A stretch of 64,000 nt of DNA. Source: Cetorhinus maximus. Lineage: Eukaryota. Shown here one piece after another: positions 9,906-22,446 of the stretch; the stretch's first letter is position 1, and each line of letters begins with the position of its first letter. The stretch spans positions 7,192,001-7,256,000 of the forward strand of contig NC_135910.1 of NCBI RefSeq assembly GCF_964194155.1, read 5' to 3'. Made by a program: the position numbers and the translations under genes. The notes beneath the pieces were generated by a model that worked only from the letters and a program-made list of their open reading frames with translations, was not told the DNA's origin and ran no database searches.

Positions 9906-11919
9906 ATATCTCAATGCTATAAACATTCTCACAGGACCACAGAAACATGCAGCATGGAAGGAGGCCATTCAGCCTATTGTGCCCATGCTGGAGCTTTGAA
10001 AGCGACACCTGTCAGTTCCAATCCCGCTACTCTCTCTCTCGATAGTCTAAGAATGCTTTCCCCTTGCAAGTAATTATCCAATTCCCATTTGAAAAATTAC
10101 TTCTGAATCTGCTTCGTCCACCTTTCCGGGCAGTGAATAGCAACAACTTACTAGACGCAGAAATCTTTGAGGCAGAAATTTGGGTTGCTGCAGTTTGCAG
10201 CAATAATCTCCTCAGAACAGAAGCCAAGCCTCAAGCTCTCATTGGTGCTTATGGTTTTAAGTGTTTGCAAGACAGGGTGTGTTGTGCTGGTCTGATTTGC
10301 ATAGATAAGAACGAGGGGGAGAGTTGGAACTTTAACTCCACTGTTGCCATGCGCCACTAACTGGTTGGACTTTAAATGTTGGGGTGCGGGGATTCGCAGG
10401 TTGAATCCAAGCCTCACAGTGGGAGTATTGGTCACAGGGAGTGTGTGACAGAAAGTCACACGCTGTCCATCCGCCATTTTCTGCTGTGCATTCTGTGCAA
10501 CCTGATCTGCTCCCCTGTGGAAACTATTTTTTACATTTTTGCAAGGATCTGGGATGTGGGCGTCGCTGGCTGGGTCAGCATTTATTGCCCATCCCAACTT
10601 GCCCATGAGAAGGTGGTGGTGAACCACCTTGAACCGCTGCAGCCCATGTGGTGCCTTGGTCCCTTTTGGTCCCTCTCATCCATCACCCCTGTGTTCACTG
10701 ACCGACCTCAGACACGGCCTCCAATCTAAGATTCTCATCCTTCTGTTAGAAGCTTAGCTGCCCCCTCCAGCCCTACAACCCTCTGGGATCCCTGCTCTCC
10801 TCCAATTCTAACCTCTTGTGTTCTAGAATTATTTTTTTTGTTATCTGTTCATGGGATGTGGGTGTTGCTGGCTGGGCCCAGCATTTATTGCCCACCCCTA
10901 ATTGCCCTTGAGAAGGTGGGGGTGAGCTGCCTTCTTGAACCGCTGCAGTCCCTGTGGTGTAGGTACACCCACAGTGCAGTTAGGGAGGGAGTTCCAGGAT
11001 TTTGACCCAGTGACAGTGAAGGAACGGCGATATATTTCCAAATCAGGATGGTGTGTGACTTGGAAGGGAACTTCCAGGTGTTGGTGTTCCCATCTATCTG
11101 CTGCCCTTGTCCTTCTAGGTGGTAGAGGTCGCAGGTTTGGAACTCCCTCCCTAAGCTCCTCTGCTCTCTCTCTCTCTCTCTCCTCCCTTCGACAAACCAT
11201 AAGCTCACTTATCTCATCGCTGCTTGGAGGACTTTGCTAAGAGCAAATTAATTATACTACAAAAGTGACTGTGATTCAAATGTACTTCAGTAGTTGCATG
11301 GGAATCACTTCCTAAGAGTCAGAGGTCATGGAAGGCACTGCAAAAATGCAATAGCTAAATACTGCAGATGCTGGTAATCTGAAATAAAACAGAAAATTCT
11401 GGAAATACTCAGCAGGTCTGGCAGTACCTGTGGAGAGAGAAAAACTGAGTGACCTTTCTGATGAAATTCAACGCAAGTTCGAGGAATGGCTCCTCATTTT
11501 TTGACTCGACACTTGACAGCCGTCCGGACTCAACAACTTTACATCATAACCCTGCCCCATTTTGTTCTGTGTATTTTTTTTTTTGCTGGTCTGTTTTTCT
11601 CTCTTTCTTAACTCTGCTACCTTATTTTAAGATGGCAGCCTCTCAGGATCCTGCCATTCACACCTCTATCTTTTGTTTCTGTACCTTCCCCATTACCACT
11701 CCCTCTGGCTTTTCACCATGAAACTTTTTGTCATTTAATCTCCCTTGTCCTCTACTCTCTCGCCAACCTTCCCTTTTGTTTTTTTTTCCCAACCTTCTCC
11801 ATTTCGCCTGCTTAAAAACTCTTACATTTCAAACTGCGTTTGCTGCCAATACATGCGCAGTCAATACCGCTTTATTCCATGACATTGCGAGTGACAGAGA
11901 TCAAAACTCTACTCATATG

Positions 11920-12920
11920 AACATTCCAATTAAGGGCAGGAGTAGGCCATTCAGCCCCTCGAGCCTGCTCCGCCATTCAATTAGGCCATGGCTGCTCTGA
12001 CTGTAACCTCAGCTCCATGTTTCCGCCTACCCCAACAACCTTTCACCCCCCTTGCTTATCAAGAATCTATCTACCTCTGCTTTAAAAATATTCAAAGACT
12101 CTGCATCTACTGCCTTTTGAGGAAGAGAGTTCCAAAGACTCACGACCCTCTGAGAGAAAAAAAATTCTCCTCATCTCTGTCTTAAATGGGCGACCCCTTT
12201 TTTTTAAACAGTGACCCCTAGTTCTAAATTCTCCCACAAGAGGAAACATCCTCTCCACATCCACCCTGTCAAGACCCCTCAGGATCTTATATGTTTCAAT
12301 AAAGCCGCCTCTTATTCTTCTACGTTCCAGTGAATACAAGTCTAACCTGTCCAGCCTTTCCTCATAAGGCAACCCACCCATTCCAGGTATTAATCTGGTA
12401 AACCTTTTCTGAACTGCTTCTAACACATTTACATCCTTCCTTAAATAAGGATACCAATACTATACACAGTACTCCAGATGTGGTCTCACCGATGCCTTGT
12501 ATAATTTGAAGCATAACCTCCCTCCTTTTGTTTTCAATTCCCCTTGCAATAAATGATAATATTCTATTAGCTTTCCTAATTACTTGCTGCACGTGCATAC
12601 TAACCTTTTGCAATTCACACACTAGGACACCCAGATCCCTCTGCATCTCAGCGCTCTGCAATCTCTCACCATTTAGATAATAAGCTTCCTTTTTATTTTT
12701 CCTGCCAAAATGGACAATTTCACATTTTCCCACATTAGACTCCATTTGGCCAGATCTTTGCCCACTCACTTAACCTACCCATGTCCCTTCGTAGCCTCCT
12801 GTGCCCTCTCCACAATTTACTTTCCTGCCTATATTTGTGTCATCAGCAAATTTAGCCACTGTTCCTTCGGTCCCTTCATCCAAATAATTTTATATAAATT
12901 GTAAGAAGAGTTGCCCCAGC
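11920..12920 (-). mobile_element. CR1 LINE 3' fragment
   Basis: ORFs 12082-12426 and 12362-12769 carry CR1 C-terminal motifs (QRDLGV, AVQKRFTRLIPG); CR1 3' UTR present. Confidence 0.9.
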
Positions 12921-13810
12921 CTTGGTGTGGCTCATATCCTCTTCATTTAGTTTCTCTCTTCCATTTTTTTAGGATTCTGGAACTAGAAAGGGCTACTTTA
13001 TTCATGACAAAATACAATACCCATTTCCGCCTGGGTAATTCCCTTTGGCTTTATCTTTTTCTATAGCCGGCACCCATTTCAAACAATCAAGCATCAAACA
13101 TGGATGCCGGGGACTTCAGACCCCCCCCTTTAAAATGCCATGGAGCAGATTTTCAACTTCCTGCTTCTGAAGCTACGCAAAACACCTGGACACAGCCACA
13201 AAGATTAAAAATGGGTTGGGAAATTGGCCAGCTCCCTTATGGGTACATGATCTGACGCACCTGATGTTTACTTGGTGACCTGTACTTGGGTGATTCAGTT
13301 TGCCTACGCTAGGGACACAAAAAACCTGCACCAATTTTTAAAAAAATTCAATGGGAATAGATTCAAGATAAGTGGCAGAAGGTGTAGGGGACACATGAGG
13401 AAGAACTTTTTTACGCAGAGGGTATTGGGTGTCTGGAATTCGCTACCCAAGTTGGTGGTAGAGGCAGAAACTTTAAACTCTTTTAAAAAGTACCTGGATC
13501 TGCACCTTAAGTGCTGTAAGCTGCAGGGCTATGGGCCGGGTGCAGGAAGGTGGGATTAGAAAGGGCACCTGGGTGTCCTCGGGCTGGCATGGACAAGATG
13601 GGCCGAATGGCCTCCTTCTGTGCTGTAACTCTTCTATGGTTCTACGGAATACTACATATATATATAGATCATGCTTCATCTAACCGCTGAGTGGCAATTT
13701 AAATTTGTGAATGTAATTTCCACTGTCGGCAAGATTCAGCATTGAGCTCTCTGTGGACGCGCAGACCGGTGTTACCAGCCATCTTGTGTTGGCAAGAACA
13801 CAACAAATAA

Positions 13811-13931
13811 CCCAGTGAAAACTGGGAAATAAGAGTACTGGTCCGAACTGGTCTTGTATACCTTAACATGGAACGCCAGTAAAAACTGTGGAAGTAAGAG
13901 TACTGGTCCGAACTGTTTTTTTCCTACTGGG
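13811..13931 (+). repeat. Unclassified ~120-bp dispersed element (38-bp repeat / 26-bp spacer / 38-bp repeat); inverted copies at 43662-43782 and ~50300-50572
   Basis: CAGTAAAAACTGGGAAATAAGAGTACTGGTCCGAACTG twice around GTCTTGTATACCTTAAAATGGAACAC, ending in a T-run; three highly similar copies. Confidence 0.85.
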
Positions 13932-14396
13932 AGAGACGGTGCACATTTCAAACTTTTCTCAGTTCTGAAGGTCATTGACCCGAAACGTTAACCCAGTTTC
14001 TCTTTCCACAGACGCTGTCAGACCTGCTGAGCACTTTCAGCATTTGTTGCAATGTTTTCCTTTGGCACAGAGGGCGGACTCGTTCCCATTGCCCGATATA
14101 TAGTCTCGGGAGCCATGTCGATAACAAAGCGGTGCCAAGTGACGACACTAACCTTACCCAGGGCAGAAGGAATCGCTTTCTGCTGCTGGACTACTGGCAC
14201 AGGCTGGGTTTGAGTTCTCCTGAGGTGGGCAGCCAGTGACACATTGAGCAGTACATCTCACTACAAGAACCTCGACACTTGCATTAAAGCCGCTAGATCC
14301 ACACACATACACGCACATAGCAAACCAGTTAGCAAACATAGTCGGCTCAGTAAGCAACGATTGACACGCATTGCTAGTCGATGGTAAGGGACTTAC

Positions 14397-14546
14397 CAGT
14401 GTTGTGACTCTTCTGAGGAACCGGCGTCAACAGGGAGAGGGTCATGGGACATTGTAGTGTGTTGTCGCTCTGGGGACTCTTGTTACGTTTCTTGCATTCC
14501 AGCACCACCATGTCCCGGCAATGCTTATGACAGTTAATCCCACAGT
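14397..14546 (-). CDS. RASGRP4: RasGRP exon (150 bp), C1 end: DCGINCHKHCRDMVVLECKKRNKSPQSDNTLQCPMTLSLLTPVPQKSHNT
   Basis: ctctgcag acceptor, CTG|GTAAGT donor; completes the C1 zinc ligands. Confidence 0.94.
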
Positions 14547-14824
14547 CTGCAGAGAGGGAAAATACAGGTCAGTGAGAGTCTGCCTCAATCAGACACAACA
14601 CATATAACCATAGTCTGTACACACACTGATATCTGATCAGGAAGGTGAAGAAATGTTAGCATTGAGGAATAAACGCACTCCCTTTTCAGACATACAGGCC
14701 AACGCGAAGCTTTCTCAGAATAGGTGAAGTACAGTTAGATGCAGAGTAAAGCTGCCTCTACACTGCCTCAACAATGTACAGCGGTAGACTAATATTTATA
14801 GGGTGCAGAGGTCCAGGCGTGAGA

Positions 14825-15110
14825 AGGTCTTGTGGCGCTAGTGGGTAGTGTCCCTGCCTCTAAGCCCAGAAGCTCTAGGTTCGAGTCCCACTCCAGGACT
14901 CATCGGCCAAGGAAGGCGTGTTTGTAACACGGCCAAACAGGCGGGGTACCAACTTGCAAATCCTTCCAACATATGCCAATGGCAGGCAGTAAGAGCGGGA
15001 GAGATTCCTGACCAGCCATGTGATGGAAGGAAATTGGAGCCTCTACCATCACCGTCCGTAGCCCCAGACTACAACATGCACAGAAAAGTTAATGTTGCCA
15101 TGGCAACTTG
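14825..15110 (+). mobile_element. Second tRNA-SINE family ending in an RFX X-box-like palindrome (copies at ~40200-40520 - and ~44200-44410 -)
   Basis: GTGGCGCTAGTGG A box, GGTTCGAGTCC B box; GTTGCCATGGCAAC at 15094-15107. Confidence 0.7.
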
Positions 15111-17732
15111 GGCTACGGGGGAGGGGGTGGGGATGGCTGGTGTGCACCAGATTGGTGCCAACAGGATAGGGTTCGATTTCCCCATTCCGGCTGGGGTGGA
15201 TTTAGGACCTGCCTCGTTGCCCTACCCATGTTAAGATTGCGGCGCTGTGGGTTGGACCCCCCCCCTTGGGCAGAGATCTCAAGAAGAAGAAGTGGCCCAG
15301 GCACAAGTTCATAGTCCCACCGTGTCAGTTTGAAATCTGAAATCAGTAGGTGGCTTCAGGAAAACTGAAGGCAAAGCTATCTATCCCCTTCAGGGAGGGG
15401 AAATCTGTCATCCTTACCCAGTCAGGCCTGTGTGTGATTCCAGTCCCTCCCCAATATGGTTGGCTCTTAATTGCCCTCTGAAAGGGGCCTATTAAGACAC
15501 ACAAGGGAAGACAGTGGCGTAGTGGTAATGTTACTAGTCTATTAATCCAGAGGCCCAGCCTAATGCTCTGGGGACATGGGTTCAAATCCCACCACGGCAA
15601 CTGGTGGAATTTAAATTCAATTAATAAAATCTGGAATTGAGTAATGGTGACCATGAAACTACATTAATTGTCATAAAAAAAAAACCCCATCTGGTTTACT
15701 AATGTCCTTTAGGGGAGGGAAATCTGCCATCCTTACCTGGTCTGGCCTACATGTGACTCCAGGCCCACAGCAATGTGGTTGGCTCTTATGCCCTCTGAAA
15801 TAGCCTAGCAAACCACTCAGCTCAAGGGCAGTTAGAGATGCCAGTGATGCCCACAATGAATAAAAAAAAAATGTTGTATCAAGGGCAGGGCTGGTGGCCC
15901 AAGAAGGCAGCTCACCACCCCTTCTCATGGTGGTTAGGGATGGGCAATAATTGCCAGTCTTGCCATTAAGACCCACATTCCAAGAACAAATAGACCTCAA
16001 GCTAGCCATCCTGTTGCCAAATTGGTGACAGTTTTAAGATGTGGGCTCACGTCCACAGGAACTGGTTTGATCGGCTCAAACTCGGGATATCGCACACAGA
16101 GGGTACGCTATGGAGATCTACTGGGCCGCACAGAAGCTGAATAATGGAAGACACGGCAGTGGATAGAATGATTCCCAGCAAACATTCCGGCCTCTCTATA
16201 AACAGGCAACGGGTCAGAAGTAGAAAAACAGTATGGAAAACTGTGGATGAAAGCAGATTTACTAGAACGGTGTTCCTATGTTCCTGTGTCCTAACTTCAG
16301 CATGCAGAGAGTCTGAGAAGTTAGAATCGTTCCCCTTAGAGCAGAGAAGGTTAAGGGGAGATTTAATAAAGGTGTTCAAAATCATGAAGGACTTTGATAG
16401 GTTAAATAAGGAGAAACTGTTTCCATTGACAGGAGGATATGGTTAAGACTGAGATGAGGAGAAACTTCCTCACTCAGAGGCTGGTGAACCTGTGGAATTC
16501 TCTACCGCAGAAGGTTATGGAGGCCAAGTCACTGAGTATATTTAAGAAGGAACTGGATAGATTTCTGGACTCTAAATGTATGAAAGGGTACGGGGAGAGA
16601 GTGGGAGTACGGCGTTGAGATAGAGGGTCAGCCATGGTGACATTGAATGGCGGAGCAGGCTCGAAGGGCCGAATGGCCTACTCCTACTCCTATTTTCTAC
16701 GTTTCCATGAGGATTGGTAACCAGAAGTCACAGATTGAAGGTGATTGGCAAAAGAAGCAGGGAGAGACGGAGAGAATTCTTTTTACCTAGCGTGTTGTTC
16801 TGATCTGGTATGTGCTGTTAGCAAGGGTGGTGGTAGTGGATCCAACCACAGCTTTCAAAAGGGAATTGGATAAACCTTCAAGGCTATGAGGAGAGAGCGT
16901 GGGAGTGGGACAAGTTGGAATAGCTCTTCCAAAGGACTAGTACAGGCATGATGGGCTGAGTGGCTCCCCTGTGTATTGTAAGAGTGTCTGATTCTGTGAA
17001 AGCTGTATCACATCAGACGCTTAGCAGTGTACAAGACAAAAAAAGCACCACAAATGGTCTCCCCCGGGAAGGCGGAAGTGAAGTGCAAACAACTTCACCG
17101 ATATGAATCTCTTTTGTGCTTTGTAAACCTTGAAATCTCTCACCTTGTCTCTGCTGAGGTTATTTTTACATTGGTATTTTGAGAGTACACATCGATAATC
17201 CAGCCCTGTTTGTACAATGGTCTGCAAAGGCTCTTCAGTAATATTAGGCATTGTGAGCAGCAGTCATCGCTCAAAGGGCATTAAACAAATCCACACTCAC
17301 AGAGGAGCCATGGCTGTCTCTAAGCAGAGACTCTGCTAAGAGAACCTGGGGAGGCAGTTTTTTAAAATATTATTTCATAGGATGTGGGTGTCACTGGCTA
17401 GACCAGCATTTATTGCCCATCCCTAGTTGCCCTCGAGAAGGTGGTGGTGAGCTGCCTTCTTGAACTGCTGCAGTCCATGTGGTGTAGGTACACCCACAGT
17501 GCTGTTAGGGAGGGAGTTCCAGGATTTTGATCCAGCGACAGTGAAGGAACGGCGATAATATTTCCAAGTCAGGATGGAGAGTGGCTTGGAGGGGAACTTG
17601 CAGTTGGTGGTGTACCCATCAATCTGCTGCCCTTGTCCTTCTAGATGGTAGATGTCTTGGGTTTGGAAGGTGCTGTTGAAGGAGTCATGGTGAGTTGCTG
17701 CAGTGCATCTTGTAGATGGGACACACTGACAA

Positions 17733-17994
17733 TGTTAGAAATACAGGTCCCTCTGAGAGTACACCAGGACAAGTTTCAGAGTGAATTGAGAGCAGGTGAC
17801 GCTCACTGAAACCTGTACTTAAGAGCTGAGTTTTGCCCAGGGAGGGAGTTTCTGCTTCTGGACAGGGAAAGGATCCAGGAGTGAAGAGTGGAAGCTGGTA
17901 TTTGTTCTGAACTATAGTTTAACAATAAAACAGTTGTGATTCTCAGAATGTCTTCCACTGCCTGATTCGGTGAAGGATATCCACCTATTAAACA
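17733..17994 (+). mobile_element. Probable solo LTR (~262 bp)
   Basis: Starts TGTT, ends AACA, has an internal AATAAA and interrupts a LINE; flanked by a cacactg duplication that is imperfectly adjacent. Confidence 0.6.
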
Positions 17995-18330
17995 CACACT
18001 GCTTCTGCTGTGCGTCAGTGGTAGAGGGACTGAATGATTAAGGTGGCGGATGGGGTGCCACTCAAGTGGGCTGCTTTGTCCTGGATGGCGTTGAGCTTCT
18101 TGAGTGTTGCTGGAGCTGCACTCATCCAGTCAAGTGGAGAGTATTCCATCACACTCCTGACTTGTAGATGGTGGACAGGCCTCGGGAAGTCAGGAGGTGA
18201 AGTACTCGATGCAGAATTCCCAGCCTCTGACCTGCTCTTATAGCCAGAGTATTTATATGGCTACTTCAGTTCAGTTTCTGGTCACTGGTAATCCCAGGAT
18301 ATTGATCGTGGGAGATTCAGCCATGGTAGT

Positions 18331-18489
18331 CTCTCAACCATTGAAAAAGACACTTCAGATCTGGTGTTAGTGTTGTAGCATTTCAAGGTTTATGTTGCAA
18401 GCAATTCTTCAGAAACAATTGTTTATACTGACCACAATCCTTTAAAATTGCTGGACAAATTTCGAGACCGAGGTGCCAGACTGTTCAGA
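18331..18489 (+). mobile_element. Isolated Ty3/gypsy pol RNase H fragment
   Basis: Translates STIEKDTSDLVLVL*HFKVYVASNSSETIVYTDHNPLKLLDKFRDRGARLFR, matching the gypsy RNase H motifs STIEKE...HF..Y and VYTDH.PL. Confidence 0.8.
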
Positions 18490-18665
18490 ATGTCAAGGGG
18501 TGATGGTCAAATTCTCTCTTGTTGGAGATGGTCATTGCCTGGCATTTGTGTGGCGCAAATGTAACTTGCCACTTATCAGCCTAAGCCTGAATGTTGTCCA
18601 GGTCTTGCTGCATTTGGACATGGACTGCTTCAGTATCTGAGGAGTCGCAAATAGTGCTTGAACAT

Positions 18666-19240
18666 TGTGCAATAAAGAAGTCTTGCTACAGTTGTACAGG
18701 GTTTTTGTGAGACTGTATCTGGAATACTGTGTGCAGTTTAGGTCTCCACATTTAAGAAAAGATATACTTGCATTGGAGGTGGAACAGCAAATGTTCACTA
18801 AATTGGTCCCTGGGATGAGGGGGTTGTCCCATGATGACAGGTTGAGTAAATTCTCTGGAATTTAGAAAGATGAGAAGCGATCTCATTGGAACCTACAAAA
18901 TTCTGAAGGGGCTTGATAGGGTGAACTCTAAGAGATTGTTTCACTTGGTTGGGGAATCTAAAACACGGGGACAAAGTCTCAGGATAAGGGGCTAATCATT
19001 TAGGCCTGAGATGAGGAGAAATTTCTTCACTCAAAGGGTTGTGAATCTTTGGAATTCTCTACCCCAGAGGGTTGTGGATGCTCCATTGTTGAACACATTT
19101 GAGGCTGGGACAGACAGATTTTTGGTCTCTCAGGGAATTAAGGGATATGGGGAGCGGGCGGGAAAATGGAGTTGAACAGCAGAGCAGGCTTGATGGACCA
19201 TATGGTTTATTCCTGCTCCTGTTTCATGCGTTCTTCTGTT
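18666..19240 (+). mobile_element. CR1 3' fragment nested in the LINE
   Basis: ORF 18665-18865 LEYCVQF motif; tgtgcaat / tgttcaat duplication at the junctions. Confidence 0.8.
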
Positions 19241-21803
19241 CAATCATCAGCGAACATCCCCACTTCCGACCTTATGATGGAAGGAAGGTCATTGATGAAG
19301 CAGCTGAAGATGGTTGGGCCGAGGACACTACCCTGAGGAACTCCTGCAGTGATGTCTTGGAGCTGAGATGACTGACCTCCAACAACCATAACCATCTTCC
19401 TTCGTGATAGGTATGACTCCAACCAGCGGAGAGCTTCTCCTCATTCCCATTTTTAACTTAGAAAGAACAGGGAACTGAGGGCAGTGACAAGTTCATTGCT
19501 CATTTCAGTCCCTTGAGAGATCAGGGAACTTGTAACATTTTCTAACCTTGCTTATTAAACATCCAGTACAATAATAGGATCACTTCAACTGAACTTGCTC
19601 AATATCACCCTCTATTATTCAATTCAATCAGGTGACAAAATCAGCATTACTCCCAATCCCTTCAGTTCCCCAACAACAATAATAATTCGCTTTTACATCG
19701 CACTTTTAATTTAGCAAAATGGCGATTCACAGGAACACAAATCAGACAAAATTTGACACCCAATAAAGAGATATTAGGACAGGTGACCTATAGCTTAGTC
19801 AAAGAGGTAGGCATTAAGGAACTAGAAAGACGGAGAGGTTTAGGGAGGGAATTCCAGGGCTTAGGGCCCAGGCGGCTAAACTCACGGCCGCCAATGGTGG
19901 AGTGAAGGAAATTAGAAAATCACAAGAGGCTAGAATTAGAGGAGTACAGAGATCTCAGAGGGTTATAGGGCTGGAGGAGGTTCCAGAGATAAGGAGGGGC
20001 AAGGCCATGGAGAGATCTGAAAACAAGGATGAGAACTTTAAAACTGGGGCTTTTAAAATTGTGTCCCATGACTTCCATGCCCCAAAGGGGCGCAGAACTA
20101 TTTCCTCACTCAAAGGGGTGTGATTCTTTGGATGTGAATACTCAAACACTGAATATATTCAAGATGGAGATTGATGAGATTTTTGGACCTGAGGGGATAG
20201 AGAGATATGGGAACAGAGCAGGAAATTGATTGTAGAAGGGCTGACAAGTGGCAAACTACATTCGCGCCACACCAGTGTACCCAGGCAATGACCACCTCCA
20301 ACAAGAGAGAATCCAGCCATCTCCCCTTGGCATTCAATGGCATTACCATCGCTGAATTCTCCCACCATCAACCTAATGTGTTCTTATTTTAGCTCTGGGT
20401 ATGGCTGGAAGTGTGTTCATAGAGAGAGAGAGAATAAGATAAAAAGGAACCCCAACTCCGTTCACACTTACAACAGATCTGAAAATGCTCGGCTTTTGAA
20501 ACTTTACCGTGGCTCTAGATCACAAAATGGCCCTTTTTGGTAGCTATTCCTTCGTTTTGCCATCCCATTACTATGAAACTTTCTCAGCTGTTCCAGGGGT
20601 CAGAGTGCAAAGCCAATATATACTTAGTAAAAGTGCTGAATCATTGTTCCTATGATCAATTCTGGCTAATTCTGCCTATAGGCCTGCTCCGGAATGACAA
20701 CAGTCTCCAGGGTTAAGTGAGAGTGAGTCACTGGGGACTGACTGTACAGAGAGACCAGTGGCTGAATGACATTATTGCGCGAAGTTTACAACAGATGTGT
20801 GGTGTCACTATTAACAATGCAGAATCCCACTCTAGTTTAATGTCAGCACAAGGATCTTATATTCTATCTGGCGTTTAGGAGTTCGATTTTGCATGCTGCG
20901 TTTCATACAAGCATGCCCTCATAATAACAGAGTAACGGGGAGGCCATTCAGCCCATCGAGCCTGCTCCGCCATTCAATACGACTGTGGCTGATCTTTAGC
21001 TTCAACTCCACTTTCCCGCCCGCTCCCCATATCCCTTAACTCCACGAGACACCAAAAATCCGTCTGTCCCAGCCTTAAACGTCTTCAACGATGGAGCATC
21101 CACAACCCTCTGGGGTCAGAATTCCAAAGATTAACAGCCCTTTGAGTGAAGGCATTTCTCCTCATCTCAGTCCCAAATGATTGTCCCCTTATCCTGAGAC
21201 TGTGCCCCTGTGTTTTGATTCCCCAGTCAGGGGAAACAACCTCTCAGTATCTACCCTCCCAAGCCCCATTCAGAATGGGGTGCGTTTGATCTGTACCTCA
21301 ATGCCAGTTATTTGCTTTATCTCCATATCCTTTTAACTCTTTACCCAGGAAAAATCTACCAATCTCAGTCTTGTAAGCTCCAATTGTCCCCCATCATCCA
21401 CAGCCTTTTGGGGATGAGATTTCCAGAATCCCACTAACCTGGATTTCTGATTCCTGACCACAGGAAATAGTTTCCCTGTTCCAATCAAATCCCTTTTAAA
21501 TAGCTTGATTCGGTCACCCCTCAGCCTTCCAAACACAGGGAAGTACAAACCAAGCTCAGAATTTAACCCTTAAAGCCCTGGTATCACTCTGGTATATTCG
21601 GGCAGTACTCCGTCCGAGGTTGATATACCTCCTTTGGGATTTGGTGCTCGGGACTGAAGGCCAAGGCTCAGCACAACTGACCCGTCAATCCCTGACTTCT
21701 GTATTCCAGCCCTCTTGAGAAAAATATCAACATTCCGTTAGTTTTTTTTTTCAAATAACTTTTTGTACCTGTTCACTAGCTTAAGTGATTTGTGTATCGA
21801 GAC

Positions 21804-22446
21804 CAGGGCTTCCCAAACTAGGGGTTTGCAAGATGAGATTTTGGGGTCATGAGCTGCAAGGCAGCTATTATATATTGTTGTATTATCTGTAAAGATCTAG
21901 GGACTAATTCGCGAGGAAATAATTGTTGCGTGTAAGTGTTCCAGGGGGCCACATTTCATGGCTACACTGGAGACTCATGGGATGTGTAACAGAACCAGTT
22001 CAAACTGGCCTTTTTTTTGTACGGCAAATATCATACATAAAAATCTCTCATCTTTCCAAGCTTAAAGCGTGATTATTACCAACATCAGAAACCCAAAAAG
22101 ACAACAAGAACACACAGCAGCAGCAATGGCTACCGTGGAGCTCTGACTGACCGCTCATGGCTGTAAGGCCCCTTTAAATCCTCTCATGCTTTTAATAGTG
22201 GGCACGGCCTGGCTGACTGATCTTTAAGGCCCTGATTCCCGCCCCAAAAAAAGTCAATGATAAGGCAGGTGTCTTTTTAAAAAACAACCCTGCAGTTTAA
22301 ACCATTCGCTCTCACAAATCTCTCTCTCTCCCTCCTCCACCCACTCTCATGAATCACACACCCCACCACCCCCGTCCCCCACCTGCTCCACCTAGCTCTC
22401 ACGACAATTTCCAAGGCTTAAAATGGGGTCTCAGTGGGGAGCACTG
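21804..22446. mobile_element. hAT (Charlie-like) non-autonomous DNA transposon
   Basis: Ends CAGGGCTTCCCA... and ...TGGGGAGCACTG; 8-bp flanks atcgagac / gtcaagac; the host CR1 continues on both sides. Confidence 0.7.

Larger units (their letters stand above)
17365..19450 (-). mobile_element. LINE (L2/CR1-group RT) 3' portion with three nested insertions; same family at ~7250-8050 (+, tandem 3' ends), 10840-11140, 22565-22685, 34900-35600, 51200-51590
   Basis: RT motif GVPQGSVLGPTIFSCFINDL...FADD (ORF 19240-19422); family C-terminus WNSLPN.TVGVPTP.GLQRFKKAAH.HLLKGN. Confidence 0.85.

Noticed and set aside
13811-13931. CRISPR-like repeat-spacer-repeat geometry (38/26/38 bp)
   Set aside because: Only two repeats per copy, essentially the same spacer in all three copies, no cas genes, and a eukaryotic intron context.
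14830-14900. tRNA genes (also ~5262-5345, 50385-50455)
   Set aside because: A/B boxes continue into SINE bodies or tails; I could not fold a full cloverleaf.
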